Below are positions 17,730 to 26,258 of a stretch of DNA of 36,899 nt, in pieces. Position numbers and translations under genes: made by a program. This stretch comes from a virus. Where the stretch lies: positions 1 through 36,899 of IMG/VR virus record IMGVR_UViG_3300024581_001758; one strand, written 5' to 3'. A model generated the notes under the pieces. The model was not told the origin of the DNA. It made no database searches and was given only the letters and a program-made list of their open reading frames with translations. Position 1 is the stretch's first letter; each line of letters starts with the position of its first letter.

Positions 17730-18236
17730 ATGAGTATTTTATGTCAAAATGAATCAGCGTTTAAGAATGCGAGAGCATGTTTATTGGCCACGTTCGAATC
17801 CGACGACTTCAAAGAAAGAATCGATTACTCGCCGTGGGGGATCTGCCGCAGCGTCGATATGCTGGCGGACCATCTGCCCAATCTGCTGTTCGCCGCAATG
17901 AGAAAACACGCATTTGCGAATTGGGGGCGTTTCAGCGGCAATGAATCCTACCCAATCCCGCATCCGCGGGGCGAAGAGCGTTTTGTGAAATGGGCCGAGG
18001 AACATGACGAGGCGCAAAATCACGGTACGCTAGACTCGGCCGTGCTTGCCTACGACGACTACCGCAGCCCCAACGCACATTCGGCCCATAGTTTTATGGA
18101 CCATGAAGCTATGGACCACGACGGCGCGGTGCAGTACCTTGAATGGCGATGGGAGCTAGTAGAACATTTAAAGCAATGGTTTACCGACCTGACCCACGAA
18201 CAGTACAAGGCCTATTGCGGTGTGAAGTCACAATAG
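17730..18236 (+). CDS. Early hypothetical protein, 168 aa
   Basis: An AGGAGA Shine-Dalgarno sequence lies 6 nt upstream of the ATG. No recognisable domain. Confidence 0.75.
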   Translation: MSILCQNESAFKNARACLLATFESDDFKERIDYSPWGICRSVDMLADHLPNLLFAAMRKHAFANWGRFSGNESYPIPHPRGEERFVKWAEEHDEAQNHGTLDSAVLAYDDYRSPNAHSAHSFMDHEAMDHDGAVQYLEWRWELVEHLKQWFTDLTHEQYKAYCGVKSQ

Positions 18237-18240
18237 GCGA

Positions 18241-18269
18241 TTGACAGGCAGCCCACGGGCTGCTATAAT
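18241..18269 (+). promoter_or_regulatory. Consensus sigma70 promoter
   Basis: TTGACA (18241-18246), a 17-nt spacer containing the dyad GCAGCCC-ac-GGGCTGC, then TGcTATAAT (-10 hexamer at 18264-18269). Confidence 0.85.
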
Positions 18270-18321
18270 GTACATAGACACTAACGGGCCGATAGGCCCA
18301 CAATTGAAAAGCGAGAGCAAA

Positions 18322-18918
18322 ATGAAAACAATCAAAAGAGAACTAATCAACACCCAAGGCCTAAACGCGTCAAAACCACTAGGGGACGCGGAATTGCCTA
18401 AGCATGTGGTTTATGCGGAATCAGGCCACAATGGCGAAACCACCGATGGCGAACAAGCGTTGGTGCAAGCACTCGTACAGGACCAAGAGTTCGGCCATAT
18501 TGAATTCGTAGGCGCAAACGAAGCATTGACGCGCCTAGGGACGCTGGGCGGCCCAGTACTGATGATAATGCGCGGTGACAAGTTAGCGGTATTCGCGCTG
18601 GACCTGACGGAATTATTGGGCGACCTAAAAGACGTGGCGACGCACGCTAGGAGTGGCCTGAATAACATGTATGATAAAGACAAGATTGTCGCCACCTTGC
18701 GCGAAATCGGCACTGAATCGGCACTAGCTGAAATCGAAAAAATCGAGCAGGAGGCTAAAGAATTCCAGTGGATAGCTCCGAAAAGTCAAGAGTCAGACGA
18801 GGCCGACCTTGCTATCTGGGAAGCATGGGCCGATGCGCAGACGGCTAGCCTCTGCTGCCCCGTCTTCCGCCCAGAAAAAATAGTGGCGCGCCATGCGCCG
18901 TCGAAACTAGACTCATAG
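18322..18918 (+). CDS. Hypothetical protein, 198 aa
   Basis: The true start is taken as the ATG at 18322 (MKTIKRELIN...), 4 nt after the AGCGAGAG box at 18310-18317. The track's TTG start at 18241 is the promoter -35 hexamer itself. Confidence 0.75.
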   Translation: MKTIKRELINTQGLNASKPLGDAELPKHVVYAESGHNGETTDGEQALVQALVQDQEFGHIEFVGANEALTRLGTLGGPVLMIMRGDKLAVFALDLTELLGDLKDVATHARSGLNNMYDKDKIVATLREIGTESALAEIEKIEQEAKEFQWIAPKSQESDEADLAIWEAWADAQTASLCCPVFRPEKIVARHAPSKLDS

Positions 18919-18943
18919 CATAACCAAACAGTAGGAGACAGCC

Positions 18944-19162
18944 ATGTCACGTTTTAATTTACTAGTAGACGGCCGAGTGTTCGCCCATGGGGTAACGCTG
19001 GACCAAGTGGAGGACCAAATGGTCGCCCAAAAATTGAGCCCTGAAATCGCGCGCCAAATGGTGGAATCACTAGCGAAGTCAGACGAACCTTTAATGAGTG
19101 GCGTACGTTTTGCGCGCCGTGTTTACATAGCGAGAACATGCAATGAAAGCGAAAAGAACTAA
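18944..19162 (+). CDS. Hypothetical protein, 72 aa
   Basis: An AGGAGA Shine-Dalgarno sequence lies 5 nt upstream of the ATG. Confidence 0.65.
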   Translation: MSRFNLLVDGRVFAHGVTLDQVEDQMVAQKLSPEIARQMVESLAKSDEPLMSGVRFARRVYIARTCNESEKN

Positions 19163-19550
19163 AAGAGATGCGCGCTTCCGCGCGTCTCCTATCCTAGCAC
19201 TGCGTTGGGGTAAAGCCCTGACGATATCAGTAATCGCGGCCTCTACCGTTTGGTACGCCACCGACCCGAACAAGTGGCCAGTGTTCCTGCTCACTGTGGG
19301 CATCATGGTCATAATCCTGTGCATGCTGACCGAGCTACATAACGTGCGTCGAGACAGCGACGCCCTGTGGTGCATGATTTGGGAAGACAGCAAAGGCGCT
19401 GAGCGTTCAATGTACTGCTGGTCGCACCGAGCACACGACGTGGCAATGTCGATGTTTAAAGACATGCCGAACGTTGACATCATCGTCGCTACCGACATAA
19501 ACGGCGTAGCGTGCCAATGGGAGCGCGCCCAATGGAGCAAAGAACTATGA
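19143..19550 (+). CDS. Membrane protein, 135 aa (two predicted TM segments)
   Basis: Hydrophobic segments ALTISVIAASTVWYA and WPVFLLTVGIMVIILCML. Its stop overlaps the next ATG (ATGA). Confidence 0.65.
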   Translation: MKAKRTKRDARFRASPILALRWGKALTISVIAASTVWYATDPNKWPVFLLTVGIMVIILCMLTELHNVRRDSDALWCMIWEDSKGAERSMYCWSHRAHDVAMSMFKDMPNVDIIVATDINGVACQWERAQWSKEL

Positions 19551-20074
19551 ACCACATAATGATAGATTTAGAAACTATGGGCAACGCGCACAACGCGGCA
19601 ATAGTAGCCATCGGCGCTTGCGAATTTGACCCGATGACGGGCGAAATAGGTCGCTGTTTCCACGAGCGCGTCAGTCTTGAGGCTTCTGTTGCCGCAGGCC
19701 TCAAGATGGACGTATCCACTGTACTATGGTGGATGCAGCAAAGCGACGCCGCGCGTTCCATTTTCGGGTGCGGAGGTGGTACTTTATCTCGCGTCTTAGA
19801 GCAATTTAGTGTGTTTTGTGACAGCGACGCCCAAGTATGGGGCAACGGCGCGACTTTCGACATCACCATTCTCGAAAGTGCATACTCAGCAGTAGGCCTG
19901 CGCGCCCCGTGGAAGTTCTGGAATGTCCGCGACGTGCGTACTGTGGTAGAATTGGGCCGCATGTTGGGCCTGCCATACCACAAGGCCACGCCGTTCGATG
20001 GTATAGCGCACAATGCACTGGATGATGCCAAACACCAAGCGAAATATGTGTCGCAGTATATAGCGTCGATGTAG
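19547..20074 (+). CDS. DEDDh-type 3'-5' exonuclease, 175 aa
   Basis: Motifs IMIDLETMG, WGNGATFDITIL and HNALDDAKHQ. The ATG at 19547 overlaps the upstream stop. Confidence 0.8.
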   Translation: MNHIMIDLETMGNAHNAAIVAIGACEFDPMTGEIGRCFHERVSLEASVAAGLKMDVSTVLWWMQQSDAARSIFGCGGGTLSRVLEQFSVFCDSDAQVWGNGATFDITILESAYSAVGLRAPWKFWNVRDVRTVVELGRMLGLPYHKATPFDGIAHNALDDAKHQAKYVSQYIASM

Positions 20075-20097
20075 ACTAGCGGATTCGAAATAGGGGG

Positions 20098-20126
20098 TTG
20101 ACAGACCCCCTCTACCGTGTTATAAT
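20098..20126 (+). promoter_or_regulatory. Consensus sigma70 promoter
   Basis: TTGACA (20098-20103), a 17-nt spacer, then TGtTATAAT (-10 hexamer at 20121-20126). The -35 element is enclosed by the dyad AGGGGG/CCCCCT (20092-20111). Confidence 0.85.
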
Positions 20127-20164
20127 GATAATTCAACCACCAACGACGACATTAGGATATTGAC

Positions 20165-20692
20165 ATGACTAACGAAACATTAGCAGTAGAAACAGAAGAC
20201 AAAACAGTAATCAAGGCGGGCGATAGCTACCAGACGGCTAAATCTGCGAGCGGCGCGGTGTCTAAACACTCGGGCGACGCGATCGCAACGGCGCTTGAAG
20301 GCCTGACGCTTGAAGAAGTATACCAACTGGCGAGCGAAGCACTAGACCTACCGATGGCCGAGCTTGAAGCGAAGTACGAACACCTAAATGGCGGCATGCA
20401 ACGCATGAACCTAGGCAACCGTTTACGTGGCGTTGTTACTAAGATTGACAAGAACAACGAAAAAGCGGCGAAAGAAGACGGCGATGTGGGTATTTCAGGC
20501 GATGAATACATCCGCACATTAGCTGAACCGTTCCAATTACTGCGTGCCGAGCGTGAAGAAGCGGAAGCCGCTGAAAAGCAACGCATCGCCGACGAAAAAG
20601 CGGCAGCTAAAGCTGAGAAAGAACGCATCGCGGCTGAGAAGAAAGCAGCTAAAAAAGCGGAAGAAGACGAAACGGACTCAGAAGAAGAGTAA
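20165..20692 (+). CDS. Hypothetical protein, 175 aa, paralogue of 16634..17233, with a Lys/Glu/Ala-rich C-terminus
   Basis: Shares the AKYEHLNGGMQRMNLGNRLRGVV segment with the 16634 gene. It is the first gene after a promoter. Confidence 0.8.
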   Translation: MTNETLAVETEDKTVIKAGDSYQTAKSASGAVSKHSGDAIATALEGLTLEEVYQLASEALDLPMAELEAKYEHLNGGMQRMNLGNRLRGVVTKIDKNNEKAAKEDGDVGISGDEYIRTLAEPFQLLRAEREEAEAAEKQRIADEKAAAKAEKERIAAEKKAAKKAEEDETDSEEE

Positions 20693-20719
20693 CGCGTATA
20701 CTCCTGTGTTACCAACCTT

Positions 20720-20742
20720 GGCCCGCTAGTCGGGCCTTTTTT
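20720..20742 (+). terminator. Rho-independent terminator
   Basis: GGCCCG-ctagt-CGGGCC followed by TTTTTT. Confidence 0.8.
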
Positions 20743-20767
20743 ATATTTAACGTAAGCGAGAGATAAA

Positions 20768-21154
20768 ATGTCATCCACTAGCAGATTTACTCCCGAGCAA
20801 GATGCACTAATCCTGTCCGATAGAAAGCCGCGCGAAGTGGCCGAAATCCTAGACATGACTTCAGATGAAGTGTCGCGGCGCAGATACAGACTGCGCCAAA
20901 AGATGGGCGAAGAAATCGTACCGCACAGGGCGTACACCCAAGCCGAAAAAGAAGTCATCATGCAAGACAGGCCGATAGCCGACATCGCCCGCGAATTGGG
21001 CTTGACATCGAGACAAGTGTACAGTGCCCGTGCTCGAATCCGCCACAAAGAAGCTGATGGCGTATTGGTCCTAGGCACGATTGAAGAACGAATAGCGAAC
21101 GTAAAGCCGCTGTTCCCGACTCCGAAGAAAGGAGATAGCAATGCCATGTCCTAA
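20768..21154 (+). CDS. DNA-binding protein with two tandem HTH-like repeats, 128 aa
   Basis: Internal duplication: FTPEQDALILSDRKPREVAEILDMTSDEVSRRRYRL versus YTQAEKEVIMQDRPIADIARELGLTSRQVYSARARI. An AGCGAGAG box lies 5 nt upstream of the ATG. Confidence 0.65.
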   Translation: MSSTSRFTPEQDALILSDRKPREVAEILDMTSDEVSRRRYRLRQKMGEEIVPHRAYTQAEKEVIMQDRPIADIARELGLTSRQVYSARARIRHKEADGVLVLGTIEERIANVKPLFPTPKKGDSNAMS

Positions 21155-22664
21155 TTGTAAAGAGGGCCTGTGCCAGCAGAAATGCGCGCCAGTAGGCCCA
21201 GCCAAAAAACGTCCGTTCCCTTATCGATTCCCGCCGATGCCCCACCAGCGAACTGCACTGGCGCGCGCGGTGAAAGCAGGCCCAGCATTTGGATTTTTCC
21301 ATGCGATGGGCGCGGGTAAAACATTCACTGTAATCAACCTGCTCTATTTCCTGCACGGAAAGGGCAAAATCAGCGGCGCTATAGTCATATGCCCTACTGC
21401 AATCAAGAATGTGTGGGGAGTGGAACTCGACAAGTGTGCGCCAAATGATGCGGAGTTTAGCCCGCATATCCTCGTCTCGGGCGGGAACAAAGCGGCCCAG
21501 CGATGGACCGAGAAAGAGACCGACGCGCTCCAAATACTAGTTGTCGGTATCGAGGCCCTATCCCAAGGTACGGCAAAGGAAATCATGATGGACTTCGCCC
21601 GCAAGCACCGAGGCGCACTAGCCGCAGTGGTGGACGAGTCATCCAAGATGAAGAACGCGCAGGCCGCGCGCACTAAGACCATCATCAAATTAGGCGCTAT
21701 GGCCGATTACCGCTATGTGATGACGGGTACGCCAGTAACGCAAGGCCTGCATGATTTGTGGCCGCAGATGCAATTCCTCGACCCTGACATTTTGGGCTGC
21801 AGGTCGTATGTCCTGTTCCGCAACATGTACTGCATTATGGGCGGGTACGAGGGACGCAAAATCATCGGCTACCAGCGACAGGATGAATTGATGGAGAAAA
21901 TCGCCCCGTACGTCGATACTGTGACTAAAGAACAGGCGCTCCCTGACCTGCCGCCTAAGATTTATCAGACCGTCGAAGTGGAGCTGACCAAGCAGCAGCG
22001 CGCCGCTATGGCCGAGCTAGAACAGGACATGAAAGCTCAACAGGGCGAACTTGAATTGACGGTGCAGACGGTGATGGACCGATTGACCCGATACCAACAG
22101 ATTATAGGCGGACATTTCCCGCACGAAGACGAGGACGGCAACTATGAAACAACGCCGATTGCGGGCACGAACCCGAAACTTGCGGCTCTGGTATCGCTAC
22201 TTGAACTCGACGCCGAAGTTGGAGTCAAAACCATCATCTGGGCGCGATTCACTGCGGAACGAAACGCCATCGTGGACGCAGTTGCTAAGGCACGGGGAAG
22301 AGAAGCGGTTAGACTGTTTGACGGGCAAGTGTCAGATTCCGACCGAGCACGTTTTACCGAAGATTTCCAGAACGACCCTGACGTAACAGTGATGGTAGCC
22401 AATGTGGTCGTGGGCGGAATGGGTCAGACATGGACTGCAGCTACCCACGAAATCTACTATTCCAACGACTTTTCCTATGAGAACCGCATGCAATCCGAGG
22501 ACCGCGCCCATCGCAAGGGACAAAAGAACAGCGTTAAGTACACCGACATCATCGCCAATGTGAAAGCCGACCAAATGATAGTGCATGCACTGGCCCGTAA
22601 AGGCGATGTTGCGGATTACGTTAAAGACTCATTGACAGATGACCTAGGAGCGAAGTCACAATAG
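21141..22664 (+). CDS. SNF2-family (SF2) helicase/ATPase, 507 aa
   Basis: Motifs GAGKTF (I), VVDESSKM (II), MTGTPVTQGLHDLWPQMQFLDP (III) and QSEDRAHRKGQ (VI). The N-terminus has a Cys-rich CPNC...C..KC segment. Confidence 0.85.
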   Translation: MPCPNCKEGLCQQKCAPVGPAKKRPFPYRFPPMPHQRTALARAVKAGPAFGFFHAMGAGKTFTVINLLYFLHGKGKISGAIVICPTAIKNVWGVELDKCAPNDAEFSPHILVSGGNKAAQRWTEKETDALQILVVGIEALSQGTAKEIMMDFARKHRGALAAVVDESSKMKNAQAARTKTIIKLGAMADYRYVMTGTPVTQGLHDLWPQMQFLDPDILGCRSYVLFRNMYCIMGGYEGRKIIGYQRQDELMEKIAPYVDTVTKEQALPDLPPKIYQTVEVELTKQQRAAMAELEQDMKAQQGELELTVQTVMDRLTRYQQIIGGHFPHEDEDGNYETTPIAGTNPKLAALVSLLELDAEVGVKTIIWARFTAERNAIVDAVAKARGREAVRLFDGQVSDSDRARFTEDFQNDPDVTVMVANVVVGGMGQTWTAATHEIYYSNDFSYENRMQSEDRAHRKGQKNSVKYTDIIANVKADQMIVHALARKGDVADYVKDSLTDDLGAKSQ

Positions 22665-22668
22665 TAGC

Positions 22669-22697
22669 TTGACGGGCGGGCCGACCCGTGCTATAAT
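22669..22697 (+). promoter_or_regulatory. Sigma70 promoter
   Basis: TTGACG (22669-22674), a 17-nt G+C-rich dyad spacer, then TGcTATAAT (-10 hexamer at 22692-22697). Confidence 0.8.
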
Positions 22698-22757
22698 AAG
22701 TATATAGTCCACAGGGGGCTATGACCGCTACGGCGGATTAATCCTGATACCGCGACA

Positions 22758-22779
22758 GCGGGGGGCTTCGGCCTCCCGC
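22758..22779 (+). other. Leader RNA hairpin with a UUCG tetraloop in the 5' UTR
   Basis: GCGGGGGGC-ttcg-GCCTCCCGC forms 9 bp including one G-U pair. No U-tract follows. It is immediately followed by the CACAATT box and the AGCGAGAG box. Confidence 0.65.
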
Positions 22780-22804
22780 CCACAATTAAGATAGCGAGAG
22801 ACAA

Positions 22805-23221
22805 ATGAACAATTTGACCAAGAATTCCTCATTCAAAGAGTTAGCCGAGGCCGTCCGCGACCTTAAGGCTGAAATCAAATCACGCGAAGCCGCGACCAAA
22901 AAGCTAAAAGCCACACTTGAAGAAATCCAAACGGAAATCCTACCTGCCAAGATGGAGGCCGAGGGGATGCAAACCGTGACGGTGGCTGGCGTTGGTCGTC
23001 TATCGAATGCGCCGCAATTCCGCGCGTCGGTGAAAGCCGAACACAAGATGGACATGCAAGAATGGCTTCGTATCAACGGTTTTGGGGAGATGATTCAAGA
23101 AACGCTGAACTCATCTACTCTGAAAGCATGGGTCAAAGAGCAGATGGAAGAGGGTAATGAAGTCCCAACCGATTACCTCAACCTACACTCATTCGACCTA
23201 GTAACATTAACTAAAGCATAG
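22805..23221 (+). CDS. Hypothetical protein, 138 aa, with an N-terminal coiled coil
   Basis: An AGCGAGAG box lies 4 nt upstream of the ATG. The gene directly precedes the SSB-like gene. Confidence 0.7.
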   Translation: MNNLTKNSSFKELAEAVRDLKAEIKSREAATKKLKATLEEIQTEILPAKMEAEGMQTVTVAGVGRLSNAPQFRASVKAEHKMDMQEWLRINGFGEMIQETLNSSTLKAWVKEQMEEGNEVPTDYLNLHSFDLVTLTKA

Positions 23222-23231
23222 AGAAACGAAA

Positions 23232-24023
23232 ATGACTAAATCGACTCAAGTAACTAAGAAAGAAAGTACCGAAGTAGCAGTAGACAATCGCCCTGATTGG
23301 ATGAAAGCCGATGATAACATGGGTAATGAAAACGTCAGCACCAATGACCTAATCATCCCTCGCCTGCAGATTATCCAAGACTTGTCGCCGCAGGGCAAAA
23401 AGAACAAGCCTGAGTACATCGATGGTGCGGAAGTGGGCATGGTGTTCAACACAGTAAGCAACGTCCTGTACGATACCCCGATGCAGTTCATCCCTGTGCA
23501 CTTCGCCGTGGAGTACAACGTGTGGAAAGACCAGAAATCTGGCGGCGGATTCTTCGGTTCATTCGAATCGCAAGCAGACGCAGAAGCAGAAGTAGTCAAG
23601 CAAGTCAACAGCGGCGAAGTACGCAACGGCGAGCTTGAAGTGGTCGACACATACGTCCATTACGTGCTAATCAAGACGCCTAGCGGCTTTGAAGAAGCGG
23701 TGATTTCAATGTCGAAGTCTCAGGCCAAGGTATCACGCCAGTTCAATACGATGGTCAAGATGGCGGGCGGCGCAAGATTCTCTCGCGTCTATGCGCTGAG
23801 CGTAGTCGAAGACCAGAACAAAGCTGGCCAAGAATACTACAACTGGAAAATCAATCCAGTGGGATTCGTTGGCAGCGAAGCCGAGTACGAACACGCGAAG
23901 TCAGTGTACGAGGCGATTAACTCGGGCATGCGCTCGGTTGACCGCACCGAGACACGCGGCAATGCGGCCAGTGCAGGCAATCAGGCTAAGCCTGATGCTG
24001 AAGATTACGAAGACGAATTTTAA
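23232..24023 (+). CDS. Probable phage single-stranded DNA-binding protein, 263 aa
   Basis: The acidic C-terminus ends in an aromatic residue (PDAEDYEDEF), as in T7 gp2.5-type SSBs. The gene sits in the replication module. The fold could not be verified. Confidence 0.5.
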   Translation: MTKSTQVTKKESTEVAVDNRPDWMKADDNMGNENVSTNDLIIPRLQIIQDLSPQGKKNKPEYIDGAEVGMVFNTVSNVLYDTPMQFIPVHFAVEYNVWKDQKSGGGFFGSFESQADAEAEVVKQVNSGEVRNGELEVVDTYVHYVLIKTPSGFEEAVISMSKSQAKVSRQFNTMVKMAGGARFSRVYALSVVEDQNKAGQEYYNWKINPVGFVGSEAEYEHAKSVYEAINSGMRSVDRTETRGNAASAGNQAKPDAEDYEDEF

Positions 24024-24042
24024 TTCCCATAACTGAGAGACC

Positions 24043-24063
24043 GAGGGCCGAAAGGCCCTTTTT
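24043..24063 (+). terminator. Rho-independent terminator
   Basis: GGGCC-gaaa-GGCCC followed by TTTTT. Confidence 0.8.
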
Positions 24064-24077
24064 CATTGGAGGCAATA

Positions 24078-24350
24078 ATGGCTAACAACTACGATAACAC
24101 GAACGACGGGGCAGTTTTCCCGAATGAGAATAGAACAGGGCCTAACTCACCTAACGCGAAAGGCAGCGCCTGTATCCAGTGTCCGCACTGCGGAGCGAAA
24201 GCAAACTTTTGGGTCAGCACGTGGACCAAAGTCTCGAAAGCTGGCAAGAAGTACATGTCACTAGCATTCAACCCTAAAGAGGAAAGACCGCAGCAGTCGG
24301 GGCAGCTGAACCAAGAGCCGATTGATTTCGACGACGACTTGCCATTTTAA
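24078..24350 (+). CDS. Small protein, 90 aa, with a bacterial-SSB-like C-terminal tip and a CxxC motif
   Basis: A GGAGG sequence lies 5 nt upstream of the ATG at 24078. The protein ends in IDFDDDLPF (compare E. coli SSB ...DFDDDIPF). The core GAVFPNE...CIQCPHCG...KYMSLAFNPKE may be OB-like. Confidence 0.6.
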   Translation: MANNYDNTNDGAVFPNENRTGPNSPNAKGSACIQCPHCGAKANFWVSTWTKVSKAGKKYMSLAFNPKEERPQQSGQLNQEPIDFDDDLPF

Positions 24351-24376
24351 TGTTAGATAGAGATAGCGAGAGATAA

Positions 24377-26257
24377 ATGTACAGTCCAATCCCAAACCTA
24401 GAGCGCGAACCGTTCATCAGCCTTGATACCGAGGGCGATGGCCTATACTACCCGCGCAACAAAGCCTTTGGTGTGTCGATTTCGACCCGCGACCACGATT
24501 ACTATTGGGACTTGCGCGACGAGCCACACATGGTAGCCGAGCTGCAACGTCTATTGAACGACTACAAGGGCGACATCGCTTGCCACAATGCGTCGTTCGA
24601 TGCGAAGATGTGCAAAGTAGCGGGAATCAGCATCCCACTGGAAAAATTAGTGTGCACCTGCGTTAACGCTTGCCTAATCAACGAACATGAGTCCACGGTT
24701 TTCCCTTGGACGCGCGGCAAAGCTGGCGATTATTCATTGGATTATCTGGCCCAGAAATACCTAGGCCTGACCAAGGACCATAGCTTTTACGACAAGGCGC
24801 GCGAACACTTCGGCAAGCCGAAGATGACCAAAAACCAAATCATGTCCCGCATTGCTGAGCTGCCGCGCCATATCGTCGAGCCGTACGCCAAGCAGGATAC
24901 CCGAGTTACGTACCAGCTGCATGCGCGCCAACAGGAGATAATCTGGGAAGACGGCCTGCAGCAAATCGTGGCGTTTGAGCGCGACACCATGCCTAGGCTT
25001 ATCAGGGCCGAAATGAGGGGCGTTGACGTTGACGTGGAAGAAACCGAACGTGCGATGCCTAAGTTAACCGAAATCATCGACCAGAAACAGGCCGAACTTA
25101 ACAAGCTAGCGGGGAAAGAAGTCAATGTCAACTCTACGCCACAGATTAGAGAGCTTTTCGCTCCAACCGAGACCGACAACGGATGGGTCGCTAAAGATGG
25201 CACTCCATTACAGTCAACCAAGTCAGGCGCGGCCTCTTTTGGAGGCAATGCACTTCGAGACATCAGCCTACCTGAGGCTCGCATCATTGTGGATATCCGC
25301 TCCCTCATTAAGACGAGAGATACATTCCTTGGCTCGCACATACTTAAACATGAAGTCAACGGAAAGGTATACCCTAATATCAACCAGTGCAAAGGCGAGG
25401 ACGGCGGTACTGGCACTGGTCGCCTCTCGTATACTGGACCCGCGTTGCAACAAATCCCTGCCCGTAATAAGCAGGTCGCTTCAATCGTTAAGCCTTGCTT
25501 TCTCCCGCCACAAGGGATGAAGTGGGTAGAGCCAGATTTAGCATCGTTCGAAGTGCGCGTGTTCGCTCACTTAGTGGCCGCATATAACGACACGCTAGTC
25601 CAAGCGTACGCTAAAAACCCATCGATGGACTTCCACCAGTGGGTGGGCGACATGACTAATCTGCCTCGCAACGCGACGTATAGTGGCCAAGCGAACGCAA
25701 AGCAGCTCAACCTATCGATGATTTTCAACCAAGGTAACGGTACGACTGCCGAGACTATGGGCATGGATTGGGAGTGGGCCGAGTTCACCGACAAAGAGGG
25801 CAAATTGGTCCGCTATAAGAAAGCTGGCCCTAACGCTATGAGCGTAATCAATAACTACCATAGCCAAATACAGGGCGTTAAGACTCTGGCCACTCGATGT
25901 AAAATGGTGGCGGAAGAAAGGGGATACATAAAAACCAAAATGGGGCGCAGACTCCGATTCCCGTATAAATTCAAATCTTACAAAGCGTCTGGACTGTTGA
26001 TACAGGCCACGTCGGCGGACTTCAACAAGCGTAATTGGCGCAGAATTGAAGAGGCTCTGGGCAACGACGGACACCTTATTCTAAACACCCACGATAGTTA
26101 CAGCCTCGCCACTCCTGAGAATTGGAGACCCCACTTCGCCCGAGTCAAAGAAGCAATCGAAGATGTTAGCGACATCGGGATGCGAGTCCCATTGATTCTG
26201 GATTTGGATGGCGCGGGGGACAATTGGTGGCAAGCTAAGTGCGGACAGGAGAAATAA
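24377..26257 (+). CDS. dpoZ: Family A DNA polymerase with a 3'-5' exonuclease domain, 626 aa; candidate DpoZ-type enzyme
   Basis: Exo motifs SLDTEGDGL, HNASFDAKM and YAKQDTRV. Pol motifs DLASFEVRVFAHL (A), NAKQLNLSMIFNQG (B) and LNTHDSY (C). The DpoZ subtype is inferred only from linkage to purZ. Confidence 0.85.
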   Translation: MYSPIPNLEREPFISLDTEGDGLYYPRNKAFGVSISTRDHDYYWDLRDEPHMVAELQRLLNDYKGDIACHNASFDAKMCKVAGISIPLEKLVCTCVNACLINEHESTVFPWTRGKAGDYSLDYLAQKYLGLTKDHSFYDKAREHFGKPKMTKNQIMSRIAELPRHIVEPYAKQDTRVTYQLHARQQEIIWEDGLQQIVAFERDTMPRLIRAEMRGVDVDVEETERAMPKLTEIIDQKQAELNKLAGKEVNVNSTPQIRELFAPTETDNGWVAKDGTPLQSTKSGAASFGGNALRDISLPEARIIVDIRSLIKTRDTFLGSHILKHEVNGKVYPNINQCKGEDGGTGTGRLSYTGPALQQIPARNKQVASIVKPCFLPPQGMKWVEPDLASFEVRVFAHLVAAYNDTLVQAYAKNPSMDFHQWVGDMTNLPRNATYSGQANAKQLNLSMIFNQGNGTTAETMGMDWEWAEFTDKEGKLVRYKKAGPNAMSVINNYHSQIQGVKTLATRCKMVAEERGYIKTKMGRRLRFPYKFKSYKASGLLIQATSADFNKRNWRRIEEALGNDGHLILNTHDSYSLATPENWRPHFARVKEAIEDVSDIGMRVPLILDLDGAGDNWWQAKCGQEK

Positions 26258-26258
26258 A

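Noticed and set aside
18241-18321. N-terminal extensions of ORFs 18241..18918 and 28575..29666 beginning at a TTG codon
   Set aside because: In both cases the TTG is the first triplet of a TTGACA -35 hexamer. The extension would translate the promoter and leader. In-frame ATGs preceded by the AGCGAGAG box (18322 and 28635) are far better starts.
20227-21147. A 306-aa minus-strand ORF antisense to genes 20165..20692 and 20768..21154
   Set aside because: It is Ser/Ala-rich low-complexity sequence in the shadow frame of well-supported plus-strand genes. It would also read through a plus-strand terminator and promoter-leader.
22721-22741. A six-codon mini-ORF (MTATAD) in the leader of the 22669 promoter as an attenuation peptide
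   Set aside because: The G-run upstream is only about 1-2 nt from the ATG, which is too close for a Shine-Dalgarno sequence. The ORF also overlaps a stable hairpin. There is no supporting evidence.
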